This document shows, in pieces, positions 32,266 to 44,765 of a stretch of 64,000 bases of DNA (within the stretch, counting starts at the first letter, position 1; every line of letters starts with the position of its first letter). The stretch spans positions 220,968,001-221,032,000 of the forward strand of contig NC_091288.1 of assembly GCF_032444005.1 (NCBI RefSeq), read 5' to 3'. The DNA is from Ranitomeya imitator (Eukaryota). The translations under genes and the position numbers were made by a program. Under the pieces are notes generated by a model. The model was not told the DNA's origin and made no database searches. It saw only the letters and a list, made by a program, of their open reading frames with translations.

Positions 32266-32400
32266 TACTTTATCCTGCACCTGTACAGTGGGCTCTTCTG
32301 CTTTATCCTGCACCTGTACAGTGGGCTCTGCTGCTTTATCCTGCACCTGTACAGTGGGCTCTGCTACTTTATCCTGCACCTGTACAGTGGGCTCTGCAGA
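32266..32400. repeat. 33-bp minisatellite, ~4 copies (GGGCTCTGCTACTTTATCCTGCACCTGTACAGT)
   Basis: Direct periodicity. Confidence 0.9.
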
Positions 32401-33498
32401 CGCCTTGGATTTCCATCTGCATTGACCGATAGTAGATTCAGCCATCTTGAAAAACTATGAAAGCCTTGTGCCTGCGCAGTATGGGGTTCGGCCACAGCCA
32501 TCTTGGGAATTATGGACCAGTGGGCATTGGGGGCTTGACTGTGCAGACTTTGTTGAGCTGTGAAGCGTTCATCACGTCATTACGTGTCAGTATGGGAAAA
32601 AATTTCACAGCCTATTTAAGTCACAGGCAAAAATTGAGACAAAAACACAAAGAGAATGATTAATGACAAACGTGGCTCCACTGCGAACATGACCTGGTGC
32701 CTAGGGCAGCGCTGCCTGTAAATACAGCCGTGCGTGCAGCAAGAGACAGAGGGTCAACAGAGACACTGATAGAGAAGACACAGCGGACGAGGACTTGTAA
32801 GACGCCGGGGAGTCAGAGGACGAGAACGTAGCAAGAGACTTGATCCAGTCGTAGTAATCCGGGACATAGGTGTAGACTCCTGGCCGGTCAGACAAGGCAC
32901 ATCCATCGCCCCAACTCACAATGCCTAAATAATAAAATGCCATAAATTAAAAAAATACTGAATAATACAAATAAGCCATTTTTTAGTTTGAATTGGTCAG
33001 TTTGTAAAAATTTGATTTGGGGCAAATCAATTTGCAAGGCTTCCATTTTCCCAAAAAAGATCCATATAATGCTCTGAGGTCCCTTAGGACTATATATAAC
33101 CCTTATCAAGATCTTTACCATAAACAAAGCCGCAGTAATAACAAAGCGACATCATCACACTGTCACACTACCCGTACAGTTTCTTCTCTGCTTCATGGCT
33201 TTATCTCCCGTTCTCTATGGTTACGCTGTGTCGTCCTCTCAGTATGAAGATTTACAGCACAGTGGCTGCTACATTCCTTGCCTTTGCTTTCATACAGGTT
33301 ACAATAGTCTCTCATGATTGGCTCTGCTGTACCATGTGATGCGAGAGATGTCAACCATTATGAGGAAGTCATGGGAGGCTTCTGTGGCTGATGCAAACTC
33401 ACATCTAGCCGCAAATTGTTCAAATTCATAGAGTTCAGTGAATTTCCAAAATGTGGTGATGAGAAACATGAAGAGACAGAGGTAAGAGGGAGCAGATA

Positions 33499-34367
33499 CA
33501 GGAGCTTCTCATAAAATTAGAATATCATCAAAAAGTGAATTTATTTCAGTTCTTCAATACAAAAAGTGAATCTCCTACATTCTATAGAGTCATTACACAC
33601 AGAGTAATCTATTTCACGTGCTTATTTCTGTTAATGTTGATGATTATGGCTTACAGCCAATGAAAACCCAAAAGTCATTATCTCAGTAAATTAGAATACT
33701 TTATAACAAAAATGATTGTAAAACCAGAAATGTTGGCCTCCTGAAATGTCTGTTCAGTAAATGCACTCAATACTTGGTCACGGCTCCATCTGCATCAATT
33801 ACTGCATCAATGCGGCGTGGCATGGAGGCGATCAGCCTGTGGCGCTGCTGAGGGGTTATGGAAGCCCAGGTTGCTTTGATAGCAGCCTTCGGCTCATCTG
33901 CATTGTGGGGTCTGGTGTCTCTCATCTTTTTCTACCACACTTTTTCCTTCCACTCCACTGTCCATTAATATTCTTGGATACATCACTGTGTGAACAGCGG
34001 CTTCTTTACCAATGACCTTTTGTGGCTTCCCCTCCTTGTGGAGTGTCAGTGACGCCTTCTGGACATCTGTCAGGTCAGCAGTGTTCCCCATGATTGTGGA
34101 GCTACTGAAACAGACTAAGGGACCTTTATAAACACTTAGGAGCCTTTACAGGTGTTTTTTGTTAATTATTCTAATTTACTGAGATAATGACTTTTTGGTT
34201 TTCATTGGCTGTAAGCCATAATCATCAACATTAACAGAAATAAACACGTGAAATAGATCACTCTGTAATGACTCTATAGATTATAGGAGATTCACTTTTT
34301 GTATTGAAGAGCTGAAATAAATTAAATTGTTGATGATATTCTATTCTAGTTTTGTGAGAAGCCCCTG
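33499..34367 (-). mobile_element. internally deleted, decayed Tc1-family transposon
   Basis: TA|CAGGAGCTTCTCATAAAATTAG…TTTTGTGAGAAGCCCCTG|TA. Minus-strand remnants MGNTADLTDVQKA… and a …RRIDAVI… C-terminus resemble the 10537 element. Confidence 0.85.
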
Positions 34368-34370
34368 TAC

Positions 34371-34758
34371 ATCTAATAACCATGTATAAGTATATAAGGG
34401 GACAATACAAATATCTCGCTGAGGATCTGTTTATACCAAGGAAGGTGACGGGCACAAGGGGGCATTCTTTGCGTCTGGAGGAGAAAAGGTTTTTCCACCA
34501 ACATAGAAGAGGATTCTTTACTGTTAGGGCAGTGAGAATCTGGAATTGCTTGCCTGAGGAGGTGGTGATGGCGAACTCAGTCGAGGGGTTCAAGAGAGGC
34601 CTGGATGTCTTCCTGGAGCAGAACAATATTGTATCATACAATTATTAGGTTCTGTAGAAGGACGTAGATCTGGGGATTTATTATGATGGAATATAGGCTG
34701 AACTGGATGGACAAATGTCTTTTTTCGGCCTTACTTACTAACTATGTTACTATGTTAC
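34371..34758 (+). mobile_element. short 3' fragment of the same CR1 family
   Basis: Near-identical to the reverse complement of 8055-8490 (MYKYIRGQYKYLAEDLF…NNIVSYNY*), with a (CTATGTTA)n tail. Confidence 0.9.
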
Positions 34759-36949
34759 ATGAGGGGAAAGAGGTAAGAGGAAGCAGACACATGAGAATAC
34801 AGAGAAAGTTGGGGCAGATGCATGACGAGACAGGTAAGTGGAGAACATAAGTGAAATGATATAAGTAAGTGGGTGAATTCTCTACAACATGTTTGTGTCT
34901 TTTCTCGGCTAGCGCTTTTCCCATGTAGAACAGCACTTGACATTTCTGCTCCATCATTTGATCGACCTTGTAGGACCCCTATCGTTAAAAACCTCACAAG
35001 GCTTTTGAAAGTGCAGTCTAATCTATAGAACTAAATGAAGAAGTTCTCTGTCCCACCACCCAAAGTCATGTTCCCCTTTGCTTATTGCCTTGGGGGTTTA
35101 CATCGTACTTTATACATTGCTGGAAATGGAAAGAAAGGTTCTTAAAAATACAAAAAGAAATCCACTATAGGTTTATTCCCACCACGGATGTGTCTATCAT
35201 TAAAGTCTGAGATCCGAATACCGCTTATATTGGAAGACACGTCACCCACCTGGCAGGAGTCTTTCTGTCCGGCCTGGTAGCCGGCACAGATTTGGTCACT
35301 TGGGACATCTCTATGTTGGCACCAATGTTGGAGTTGATGTGGTACATGGCATCACAGGCACTGTTATTGATCAGAGGCACCATGACCTGCTGCAGAGTCT
35401 GAGGATATGGAAGAGTCACTGCAGGAATAAGAGCGAAGGTCCAGGTCATGGAGTGCAAAATTCAGAAACACGAAGAACTGAAATGGTGACAAAAATGCCT
35501 TATTGTCCTACAATTGTCAATCTTCAGAGTACATAATCCGTATCTGCTGGAGCCTAAGAAAAAACAGAGGTGTCCACTTCCTAGATCCTGGAGGCTCATA
35601 AACATTTCCCCCATCATTTTTTGCACTCTGTACATGTGTGAAAGAAAATGTCACAGACGATGCCTGGCTATGAGCTTATAAGGAGGTATATCATAGGAGA
35701 CATTGACCTATAGGATGACTACCTCCAATAGGTGGCACTGGAGAGACAGATCTCTTCCTTCTTGAGGAGAGCTCATTTGCACTTTTCCCAGAGAGCTTTT
35801 CCTAAATTGTTAGCCTTCCTGTGTCAGCTGTAGATTTCCATGACAATAAATAGTTGTACCCAACAAAAAGTAAGATGAGATACAAGTGATAAATGATGGA
35901 GATGGAGTGTGGTACTCTTGGAAAGCATAATACATGGTTAGGTTATAGACCTATAAATTTTCTGGGTTTTCTTACCATCACTTCCCGTATTGCCCCATCC
36001 AGTTACCCAGCAGTTGGAGCCATCGGAGAAGCTCATAGATTCTGGTGGCACACACACTGGCAGGATGTAGTCAGTATAGGTAACGGGACTGGAGAGTTCA
36101 ATCAGGGCGAGGTCCCTTGGGCTGCCAACTCCAAGGAACTGGGGGTTCACCATGATACTTTCTACACTGGACACGATGCTGTGAACACTGGGGTTCAGAA
36201 GCTGGTACTCGCCAAGACCAACTTTGAAATAAGATGAATTTGTAGACCTAAGGGGTGAAACCAAACACCACAAAGATGAGGAGCCACTTCACTCTCCATA
36301 ATGTTATTCTTGTGGCAGCAGGAACTGAAACATCTGGGGTCAACACATCTGCCTCATGTTGTCTCATAAGAGAACACCTCAGGGCAATGGATTGTCAGTG
36401 ATGTCTTCCACTAAGAGCATCACATTTTCAGGCATAAGTCCACAGCTGGGACCATCCACCTGGTGCCACCAAGGACAATTAGTACCCTTCTATACTTCAT
36501 CTCCCAGGTGGTAGGAAGCCATGGTTGTCATCTTTCCTGGCCTCATCCCCCTCCAAGCCAAAGGCCATATTTTACTCTTCTTTATAACTAAAAATGAATG
36601 CAGTCACCTTTTCCCATTTAACATGGTGGACCATACTAACCACTATAGGGCATAGACCAAGTTGTAGCCCCTCTCTGCAGCAGCAACTTACGACTCAAAG
36701 CAATGTGCTGCGGTGAGCATCCACTGGTTGGAGATCAGGGACCCTCCGCAGATGTGGTAACCATTGTACCGCAGGCTGATCTGCCACGGCCATGCTCCTT
36801 CAGTAGCAGCTGTGCCACCAACTATCCGATCGTTGATCACTGGATTTCCGCACACTGGTTGGGCGGCAGTGGTGATAGTGGTGGTGGAATTGGAAATCAC
36901 TGGGGCGGTGCAGACTGGAACACAGAAAGGAAAACAATATATCAATATT

Positions 36950-39091
36950 GGGGCAAGAGGGGCATTGTTACTAAATGTTCACACACATGAGTGTTATTAA
37001 TATATAGAGGAGGCACGATTACTATGTGCGGGCACAATGGGGGAATTTTTGCAATATAGAGGCACAATGGGGCCATTATTACTATTGAGAAACTCAAAGG
37101 GGGTACTATTACTGTGCGGAAGCACAATGGGTGGACCACTACTATATGGAGGTCCAAAGAAAGCACTATTGCTATATAAAGGCACAGAAGGGACATTCAT
37201 ACTATATACAGGCACTCTGGGGTCAAAATTGTTATGTAGGGTCACAGAGAGAGGCACAAAAGGGGTATTATTACTATAGAGAAGCACAGAGGGGGCACTA
37301 TTACTCTGTGGAAACATTAAGGGGGCGTTATTACTATAGAAGCACAGAGGGGGCACTATTACTATGTGGAAACACTAAGGGGGCATTATTACTATAGAAG
37401 CACAGAGGGGCACTATTACTATGTGGAAACAAAAGGAGGCATTATTACTATAGAAGCACAGAGGGGGCACTATTACTCTGTGGAAACAAAAGGAGGCATT
37501 ATTATTATAGAAGCACAGAGGGGGTACTATTACTATGTGGAAACATTAAGGGGGCATTATTACTATACAAGCACAGAGGGGGCACTATTACTATGTGGAA
37601 ACAAAAGGAGGCATTATTACTATAGAAGCACAGAGGGGGCACTATTACTCTGTGGAAACAAAAGGGGGCATTATTATTATAGAAGCACAGAGGGGGTACT
37701 ATTACTATGTGGAAACATTAAGGGGGCATTATTACTATAGAAGCACAGAGGGGGCACTATTACTATGTGGAAACAAAAGGAGGCATTATTACTATAGAAG
37801 CACAGAGGGGGCACTATTACTCTGTGGAAACAAAAGGGGGCATTATTATTATAGAAGCACAGAGGGGGTACTATTACTATGTGGAAACATTAAGGGGGCG
37901 TTATTACTATAGAAGCACAGAGGGGGCACTATTACTATGTGGAAACACTAAGGGGGCATTATTACTATAGAAGCACAGAGGGGGCACTATTACTCTGTGG
38001 AAACATTAAGGGGGCGTTATTACTATAGAAGCACAGAGGGGGCACGATTACTCTGGAAACATTAAGGGGGCATTATTACTATAGAAGCACAGAGGGGGCA
38101 CTATTACTATTTGGAAACACAAAGGGGGCATTATTGCTATAGAAGCACAGAGGGGGCACTATTACTATGTGGAAACACTAAGGGGGCATTATTACTATAG
38201 AAGCACAGAGACGGCACTATTACTCTGTGGAAACACAAAGGGGGAATTATTACTATAGAAACACAGAGGGGGCGCTATTACTATGTGGAAACACTAAGGG
38301 GGCATTATTACTATAGAAGCACAGAGGGGACACTATTACTATGTGGAAACACTAAGGGGGCATTATTACTATAGAAGCACAGATGGGTCACTATTACTAT
38401 GTGGAAATACAAAGGGGGCATTATTACTATAGAAGCACAGAGGCGGCACTATTACTCTGTGGAAACACTAAGAGGGCATTATTACTGTAGAAGCACAGAG
38501 GCGGCACTATTACTCTGTGGAAACACTAAGGGGGCATTATTACTATAGAAGCACAGAGGGGGCACTATTACTATGTGGAAATACAAAGGGGGCATTCTTA
38601 CTATAGAAGCACAGAGGGGGCACTATTACTATTTGGAAATACAAAGGGGGCATTATTACTATAGAAGCACAGAGGCGGCACTATTACTATGTGGAAACAC
38701 TAAGGGGGCATTATTACTATAGAAGCACAGAGGCCGCACTATTATTATGTGGAAATACAAAGGGGGCATTATTACTATAGAAGCACAGAGGCGGCACTAT
38801 TACTCTGTGGAAACACTAAGGGGGCATTATTACTATAGAAGCACAGAGGGGGCACTATTACTATGTGGAAACACTAAGGGGGCATTATTACTATAGAAGC
38901 ACAGAGGGGGCACTATTACTATGTGGAAACACTAAGGGGGCATTATTACTATAGAAGCACAGAGGGGGCACTATTACTATGTGGAAATACAAAGGGGGCA
39001 TTATTACTATAGAAGCACAGAGGCGGCACTATTACTCTGTGGAAACACTAAGGGGGCATTATTACTATAGAAGCACAGAGGGGGCACTATT
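36950..39091. repeat. 58-bp minisatellite (dimer of ~29-bp subunits), resumes at 44729-44765 after the LTR insertion
   Basis: Unit AGAAGCACAGAGGGGGCACTATTACTATGTGGAAACACTAAGGGGGCATTATTACTAT; subunits are more diverged at 36950-37270. Confidence 0.93.
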
Positions 39092-42000
39092 TGTTAAATA
39101 TTAATTAATTGAATTGTTCTTATTCTCAATCCTGTACTGAGCACATTCCTTTTTGCTGACATTACAAAGAGCTATTTCTGTGCATGAAGCTCAGAGTATG
39201 AGTCAACTCCATATACAGGGAACACGTGGTCTGAGGACACATATATAAACACAGCTCTTAGGAGGGTAGGGGTTGGCTTTTTGTCACGTGGGACTGTCAC
39301 CTCCTGCCTTTACCATCATTCTCCATGGACATCCGACAAGGAACAGCTGATAGCTGGTAGCCATGATGACCTTCAAACTTCACACAGACAGACGGCTTTT
39401 ACCATTCAAACTTTGGGAAAGATGAGTATCAAGTGCTGATATCTACACATGGACAATCTGTTCGTAACTATTTCGTCTATTTTTATGTTTCACTAAAATG
39501 TGTTTTTTTTCTGTGGACAATTCAATCAACCACTACCATTTTTATGAAAATATGACATTTTTCTTTAAGAGTAATGCACCTGGTGAATAGTCTTGATTAA
39601 ATAAATGTGCGAAATAAGCATATTTAACATTGGCCAAGCCAGCCAGTTTTGATTTTTTTGTGCTATTTTTGCGTGAATTTCCTTCATTCTTGCACACGGG
39701 GGAAGATGGAAGAATTCGCTACATATTGTGCAAGTATTCAGGGAATTTCACTTCAAAACTTCAAGTCACAAAGATCTCACAAGAAGAACCTACGAATTAC
39801 AGAGTCTAACAGGTGTCTGACGGATTGACAAGCACTAGCACTGGAAGTGCTGAAGACAGACGTGCTGAAAATAGCCGTGCTGAAGTCCAGAGTCCAGCAT
39901 TGTAAAGACAAGCTGAGATATTTCAAAGGAACTCAAGGTAAGAAATGGATTTGATTAATTCATATGCTAAATCAAGTCAGATAGAATTTGTAAGCTTGTA
40001 CAAATGTAGCTTAGAAATATTTTGGTTTTCTTTATTTGCAGAATGCAAGATAGCAAAGCTAAAGTTAGATTCAAAGCTAATATCTAGGGAAAAAAAAAGA
40101 GCAACTGAGAAATATATTACATATGGTTTATGTATTTAACGAGTTTGTTACAGAGAAGTCCAAAAAAGACAGTGTAGAAAGAATTTCTAAGGAAATAGAA
40201 ATTAATGATGTTCCCAAGATTGACTGTAATGTGAAGAGTGAGCAAGAGGTGATGCACGTGTCTGTAGTGGCCACTCAAGGTGACCTTGACTTTGTGTCTC
40301 ATGATGAAAAACAAGATGGAGACATGATAACTGACAAAGATGATGTACAAGAAACAGATGTAGAAGGGCCACTAAAAATAGAAGACGACTCAGAAGCCCA
40401 ACCCCAAACTAAATCTAAATAAAGGAAAATCTTGTTAAAATTATGCAAAATCTTTCCTGTATATGATGACAAAATCCATGTGTGCAGAAATTCAGAGATA
40501 TTCGAGAGTTTTGCTGATAAATTTGACTTGACTAATCAACAGATAAATAAATTGTTTAAAATGTGGCTTCCAGTAATTTTTATCAGAAAATTCTCATTAA
40601 AAATGCAGAATGATGAGTTCCATGAAGAAATTTTGATATTCTGTGGATTAAAAGAAAATTATCCAGATCATGATATTCTTCTAAAATTGAGGATTGGCCG
40701 GAAAGAATGTACTTTTACATTCATGTCCATTTTTGAAAGGGTGTACAGAATGGTCAGTACGAATTTCAATAAACAATCAATGATAAATTGCTTTGTAAAC
40801 AAATTTAGATTCCTAAATCCTGCATCTCGTGTTATTGCGTCACAAAAAGATTCTTTATTTGAATGTGCGCAATCCCTTGATTTTTCTAGAAAACACGAGA
40901 ATCTTGAAAGAAAAACAAATCACGCTAAGTTTTTTAAACCAGGCAGAATTATATCTTATGAGAAGCCAAAATCAAAATCTCCAAAACTGACCCAAAATCA
41001 CATCTGCGAAGAGCGAAGAAAATTACATATTTGCTACAAACCCTATGAGTCCATTAAAGAAATTCCTCTGAATGGGTTAAAAGCTGAAGGTTCAGATCTG
41101 TCTGTAAAGATGGCGGAAATTAAAATTTAAAAATTATTTAATTAAAATAATTAAAATTTACTCCAGTAATAATACTTAGCATTACATTAATTACATTTAT
41201 TAAATATATACATATGTATAAGATATTTAAATTATTTTGTTTTTAAATAAATATGAAATTAACCTTATCTTTTATTTTTCCTTAGAGCTTCCATTTCAAA
41301 GCAAGGATTGAACAAAAAAAAAAACTTCTTACATGAATTTATGTTTTATTCAAAGGAAGTTATAATAACTGCATGATTATATATATATATTTAATACTTA
41401 AGAAAAAATAATACATAATTAACAATCTAAAATTTGTGTACTATAATTTTTGTTCTATAACAATCTAAAACTTGTTTTTTTTCCTCCACTGCATGGCATG
41501 ACAATGTCACACCCTTGTTTTAGTGTAAGAAGAATTTAGAAAGCTCCTCAGCCTGTACATTCAAATGGATGAGTCTTATCTATAGGTTAGAACATTTTTC
41601 TATAGGTTAGAACATAGTGTTAGTATTTGGGGAATATTCAAATAAATATTAGAATACTAAATCTAATAATTTACAATGCGCATTGATAATTAGGATACAA
41701 TATTTTGGGTTAATATACATGTGTTTTTATTCTTTGTATGTGAAATATGTAGTTTCAACTTCTATGTGTGTCACAGTCTGAGTGACAGATGACAGAAGAG
41801 TATGAGCAGCTGCTGAGAGTGAACTTAATGTAAGAGTGCACTTAACGTAAGAATGAATAATGTGGAAAATAGTGTGAAATGTACGGTATGAAACAGGCCT
41901 CTTTTAGTCTCGTGATTTATAGTATGTTGGAAAAAAAATAACCTTGATTTTATGAAATAACAGAATTCAGTTAAATTATTAGAATATTAAGATATATTTA

Positions 42001-44728
42001 AATATTATTTACTCAACATATATTTCTATATTTCTTTAGTAATTATTATTATTTGATTTAGTTAATAGTGGATAAGTGCAATCACACATCAATATGGTTT
42101 AATCAAGAAAATCTACATTTAGAATAATTTTTCCAAATTATAATTTTTTTAATATTCAGTGTTTTTTTTAGTTACATAGATGAGTACACATCTTCAAACA
42201 AATATATGGCACAAGTTGATAAGACAGTTATAAAAAATAATTGTTTTTAATTTTGGTTTTTACAAATTAATTTTTTTCATAAAATAATAATTTTTTGATA
42301 CTTAGGGGAAATGTGTTTTTGATCTTGATTACATCATCACATTTCATCAATACTTCTTTTTCACACATTTTAATAAAGAAGAAAAATTAATAAGGTATTA
42401 TTAGGTATAACAACATTAAGTGTTATAAAAGTCATTTTTTCTCTAATGAAGGTTATTATATGCAAAGCTGCATAATTTCAATATTTTGGTAATCCAAGGT
42501 TATGACAACATCTAAATGATGGATATATTAAGGAAATGTGTTATTGAGACATAACCTCAGCATTTATCATCAACATACAAAGGCCTTATTTTTATTTTTA
42601 TTCTCATTTTTATTTTTCGTTTTTCACTTTTTCTTATTTTTATTCTTAATTTTTATTTTTCATTTTTTCTTCAATTTTTATTCTTAATTTTTATTTTTTA
42701 TCTCAAAAAGAAAAATAAATCAATATTTAATAAAGTAATGTCTAATACAAGAATATTGCTTTATCAAATATGATCATATGGTTTCATTATATAAGAAATA
42801 TTTCAATTCTGAGTTAAATACAACAATTCTTTCACTCATTCATTCATTTATTCATACTGTATATATTCTTATTTTGGTTTATGGCTACACATTCTTACAT
42901 ATAATTTATTAATAAAGTTTTAATAATAAATATCAGAATTTGTTACATAAAAGACATACTGACATATATGGGTTCAAAAAAAGAAATTACACCTATGACA
43001 TAAAAATGTCCTATCACATGAAGAATATGGTTAATAATATATATTATCATTATTATTTTTTTTCCAAATATAAATTCCATATTAATATTCTGATAATAAT
43101 TATATGGATATTATTGATTGCTATGGTAAGCTATGATATTATAGGTTAGGAAAATTACCAGATTTGGTATAGAATAGGGAATGAAGACTTCAATCAAGAT
43201 ACCGGAGTTACGTTAGTAAAGACTTTTCATATTTTTAAATTCAATTGATTCTTAAAAGTTTCAAGAAGAAAAAGCCGTTATCCAGAAGTTCCACAAGGTA
43301 ACAATGCAATGATTTCTGAGTAATAATAGACTGTGTCAAATACAATTCATGTCACCACTCACAACTACAGCATCCATCACTGACAAGTATGAGTACAGTA
43401 TCTAAACTGACAACCATGAAGAGGACAATGATCCAAAGATGCTAAGATGAACTGTGCTGTGTTATTATGTTCCAGTGGTTTCCTATCACCTATAAGACTT
43501 CCATGAAAGCTGGTGAACGATCAGGTAATTGTCAGGACGCTACAACCCTGACATGTGTCCTGTGCACTAAGGACTGGTTATGGTGCTATGTTTAGCAGGG
43601 AAGAGTCAATGTAACCCTTGCTGTGTTGACCAAAGAGATCACACCTGTTCCAAGACCAATGCAGATGATATGGAAGGATTCCAGATGATTTCCAAGGCGA
43701 GCCAATGTAAGTCCAGGTCTTTAAAGGTGACACTGCACAGATATTAAAGCTACATTTCATCTATGAACTTTGTTTTTTATCAACATTTGAATTTATGGAC
43801 TTTGATTGACACGTGACACACAGTCTCTACAATATCTACATACCAACATCTATTTCAAAAGAATTATAATAAAGATTGTTTAAAAAGAACCAAGAAGAAG
43901 ACATCAAGATGAAGACCAGATGACATCAGATAACATCAGACCTGAGATGTTTCAAGTAGATATAGGGAAGTATAATTATACTGTATATTATATTATATGA
44001 ATATTGGTCACGGCTTACCATAACATGAATTTACATAACATTATATTATTGAGTACGTATAACAATATTATTATTATAATTGATATTATGAATATATAAT
44101 TATTTTGCCAAAGAAGAAGAAAAGAAGATCTTATTAATATATTTTATTTGAGGGTTCCAATCAATGTCTGTCACCCTCAAAAGGGGGAATTGTTAAAAAT
44201 TAATTGAATTATTCTTATTCTCAATCCTGTACTGAGCACATTGCTTCTTGCTGACATTACAAAGAGCTATTTCTGTGCATGAAGCTCAGAGTATGAGTAA
44301 ACTCCATATACAGGGAACACGTGGACTGAGGACACATATATAAATACAGCTCTTAGGAGGGTAGGGGTTGGCTTTTTGTCACGTGGGACTGTCACCTCCT
44401 GCCTTTACCATCATTCTCCATGGACATCCGACAAGGAACAGCTGATAGCTGGTAGCCATGATGACCTTCAAACTTCACACAGACAGACGGCTTTTACCAT
44501 TCAAACTTTGGGAAAGATGAGTATCAAGTGCTGATATCTACACATGGACAATCTGTTCGTAACTATTTTGTCTATTTATATGTTTCACTAAAATGTGTTT
44601 TTTTTTCTGTGGACAATTCAATAAACCACTACCTTTTTTATGAAAATATCATGACATTTTTCTTTAAGAGTAATGCACCTGGTGAATAGTCTTGATTAAA
44701 TAAATGTGCGAAATAAGCATATTTAACA
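39092..44728 (+). mobile_element. retrovirus-like LTR element, apparently non-autonomous (LTRs 39092-39629 and 44191-44728), 5-bp TSD CTATT
   Basis: Two 538-bp direct repeats with TGTTA…TAACA ends. CTATT at 39087-39091 and 44729-44733. PBS-like TGGCCAAGCCAGCCAG at 39631-39646; PPT AAAAGGGGGAA just before the 3' LTR. Confidence 0.9.
39945..41130 (+). pseudogene. decayed gag-like frame of the LTR element (frameshift in an A-run at ~40090, in-frame TAA at 40420-40422)
   Basis: ORFs 39945-40139, 40123-40422 and 40432-41130 join into one ~395-codon frame. It is the first ORF after the PBS. The helical, capsid-like segment LCKIFPVYDDKIHVCRNSEIFESFADKFDLTNQQINKLFKMWLP is a judgement by eye, with no homology search. 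Confidence 0.5.
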
Positions 44729-44765
44729 CTATTACTATGTGGAAACACTAAGGGGGCATTATTAC

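Larger units (their letters stand above)
32701..36914 (-). pseudogene. S1A serine protease gene C, disabled; exons 36914-36692, 36247-35976, 35418-35250 (1-nt deletion), last exon remnant ~32926-32701
   Basis: CGNPVINDR|IVGG, AAHC and RDLALIEL are present. The third exon is 169 nt instead of 170 (GAG AT GTC CCA), a frameshift before SDQICAGYQAGQKDSCQ. The last exon begins at GIVSWG, and no GDSGGP segment was found in the window. Exon 1 was not found. Confidence 0.8.

Noticed and set aside
36950-39091. Regular array as a CRISPR-like locus; Tyr/Gly-rich ORFs within it
   Set aside because: Eukaryotic context, contiguous units with no unique spacers and no cas genes; the ORFs are repeat artefacts.
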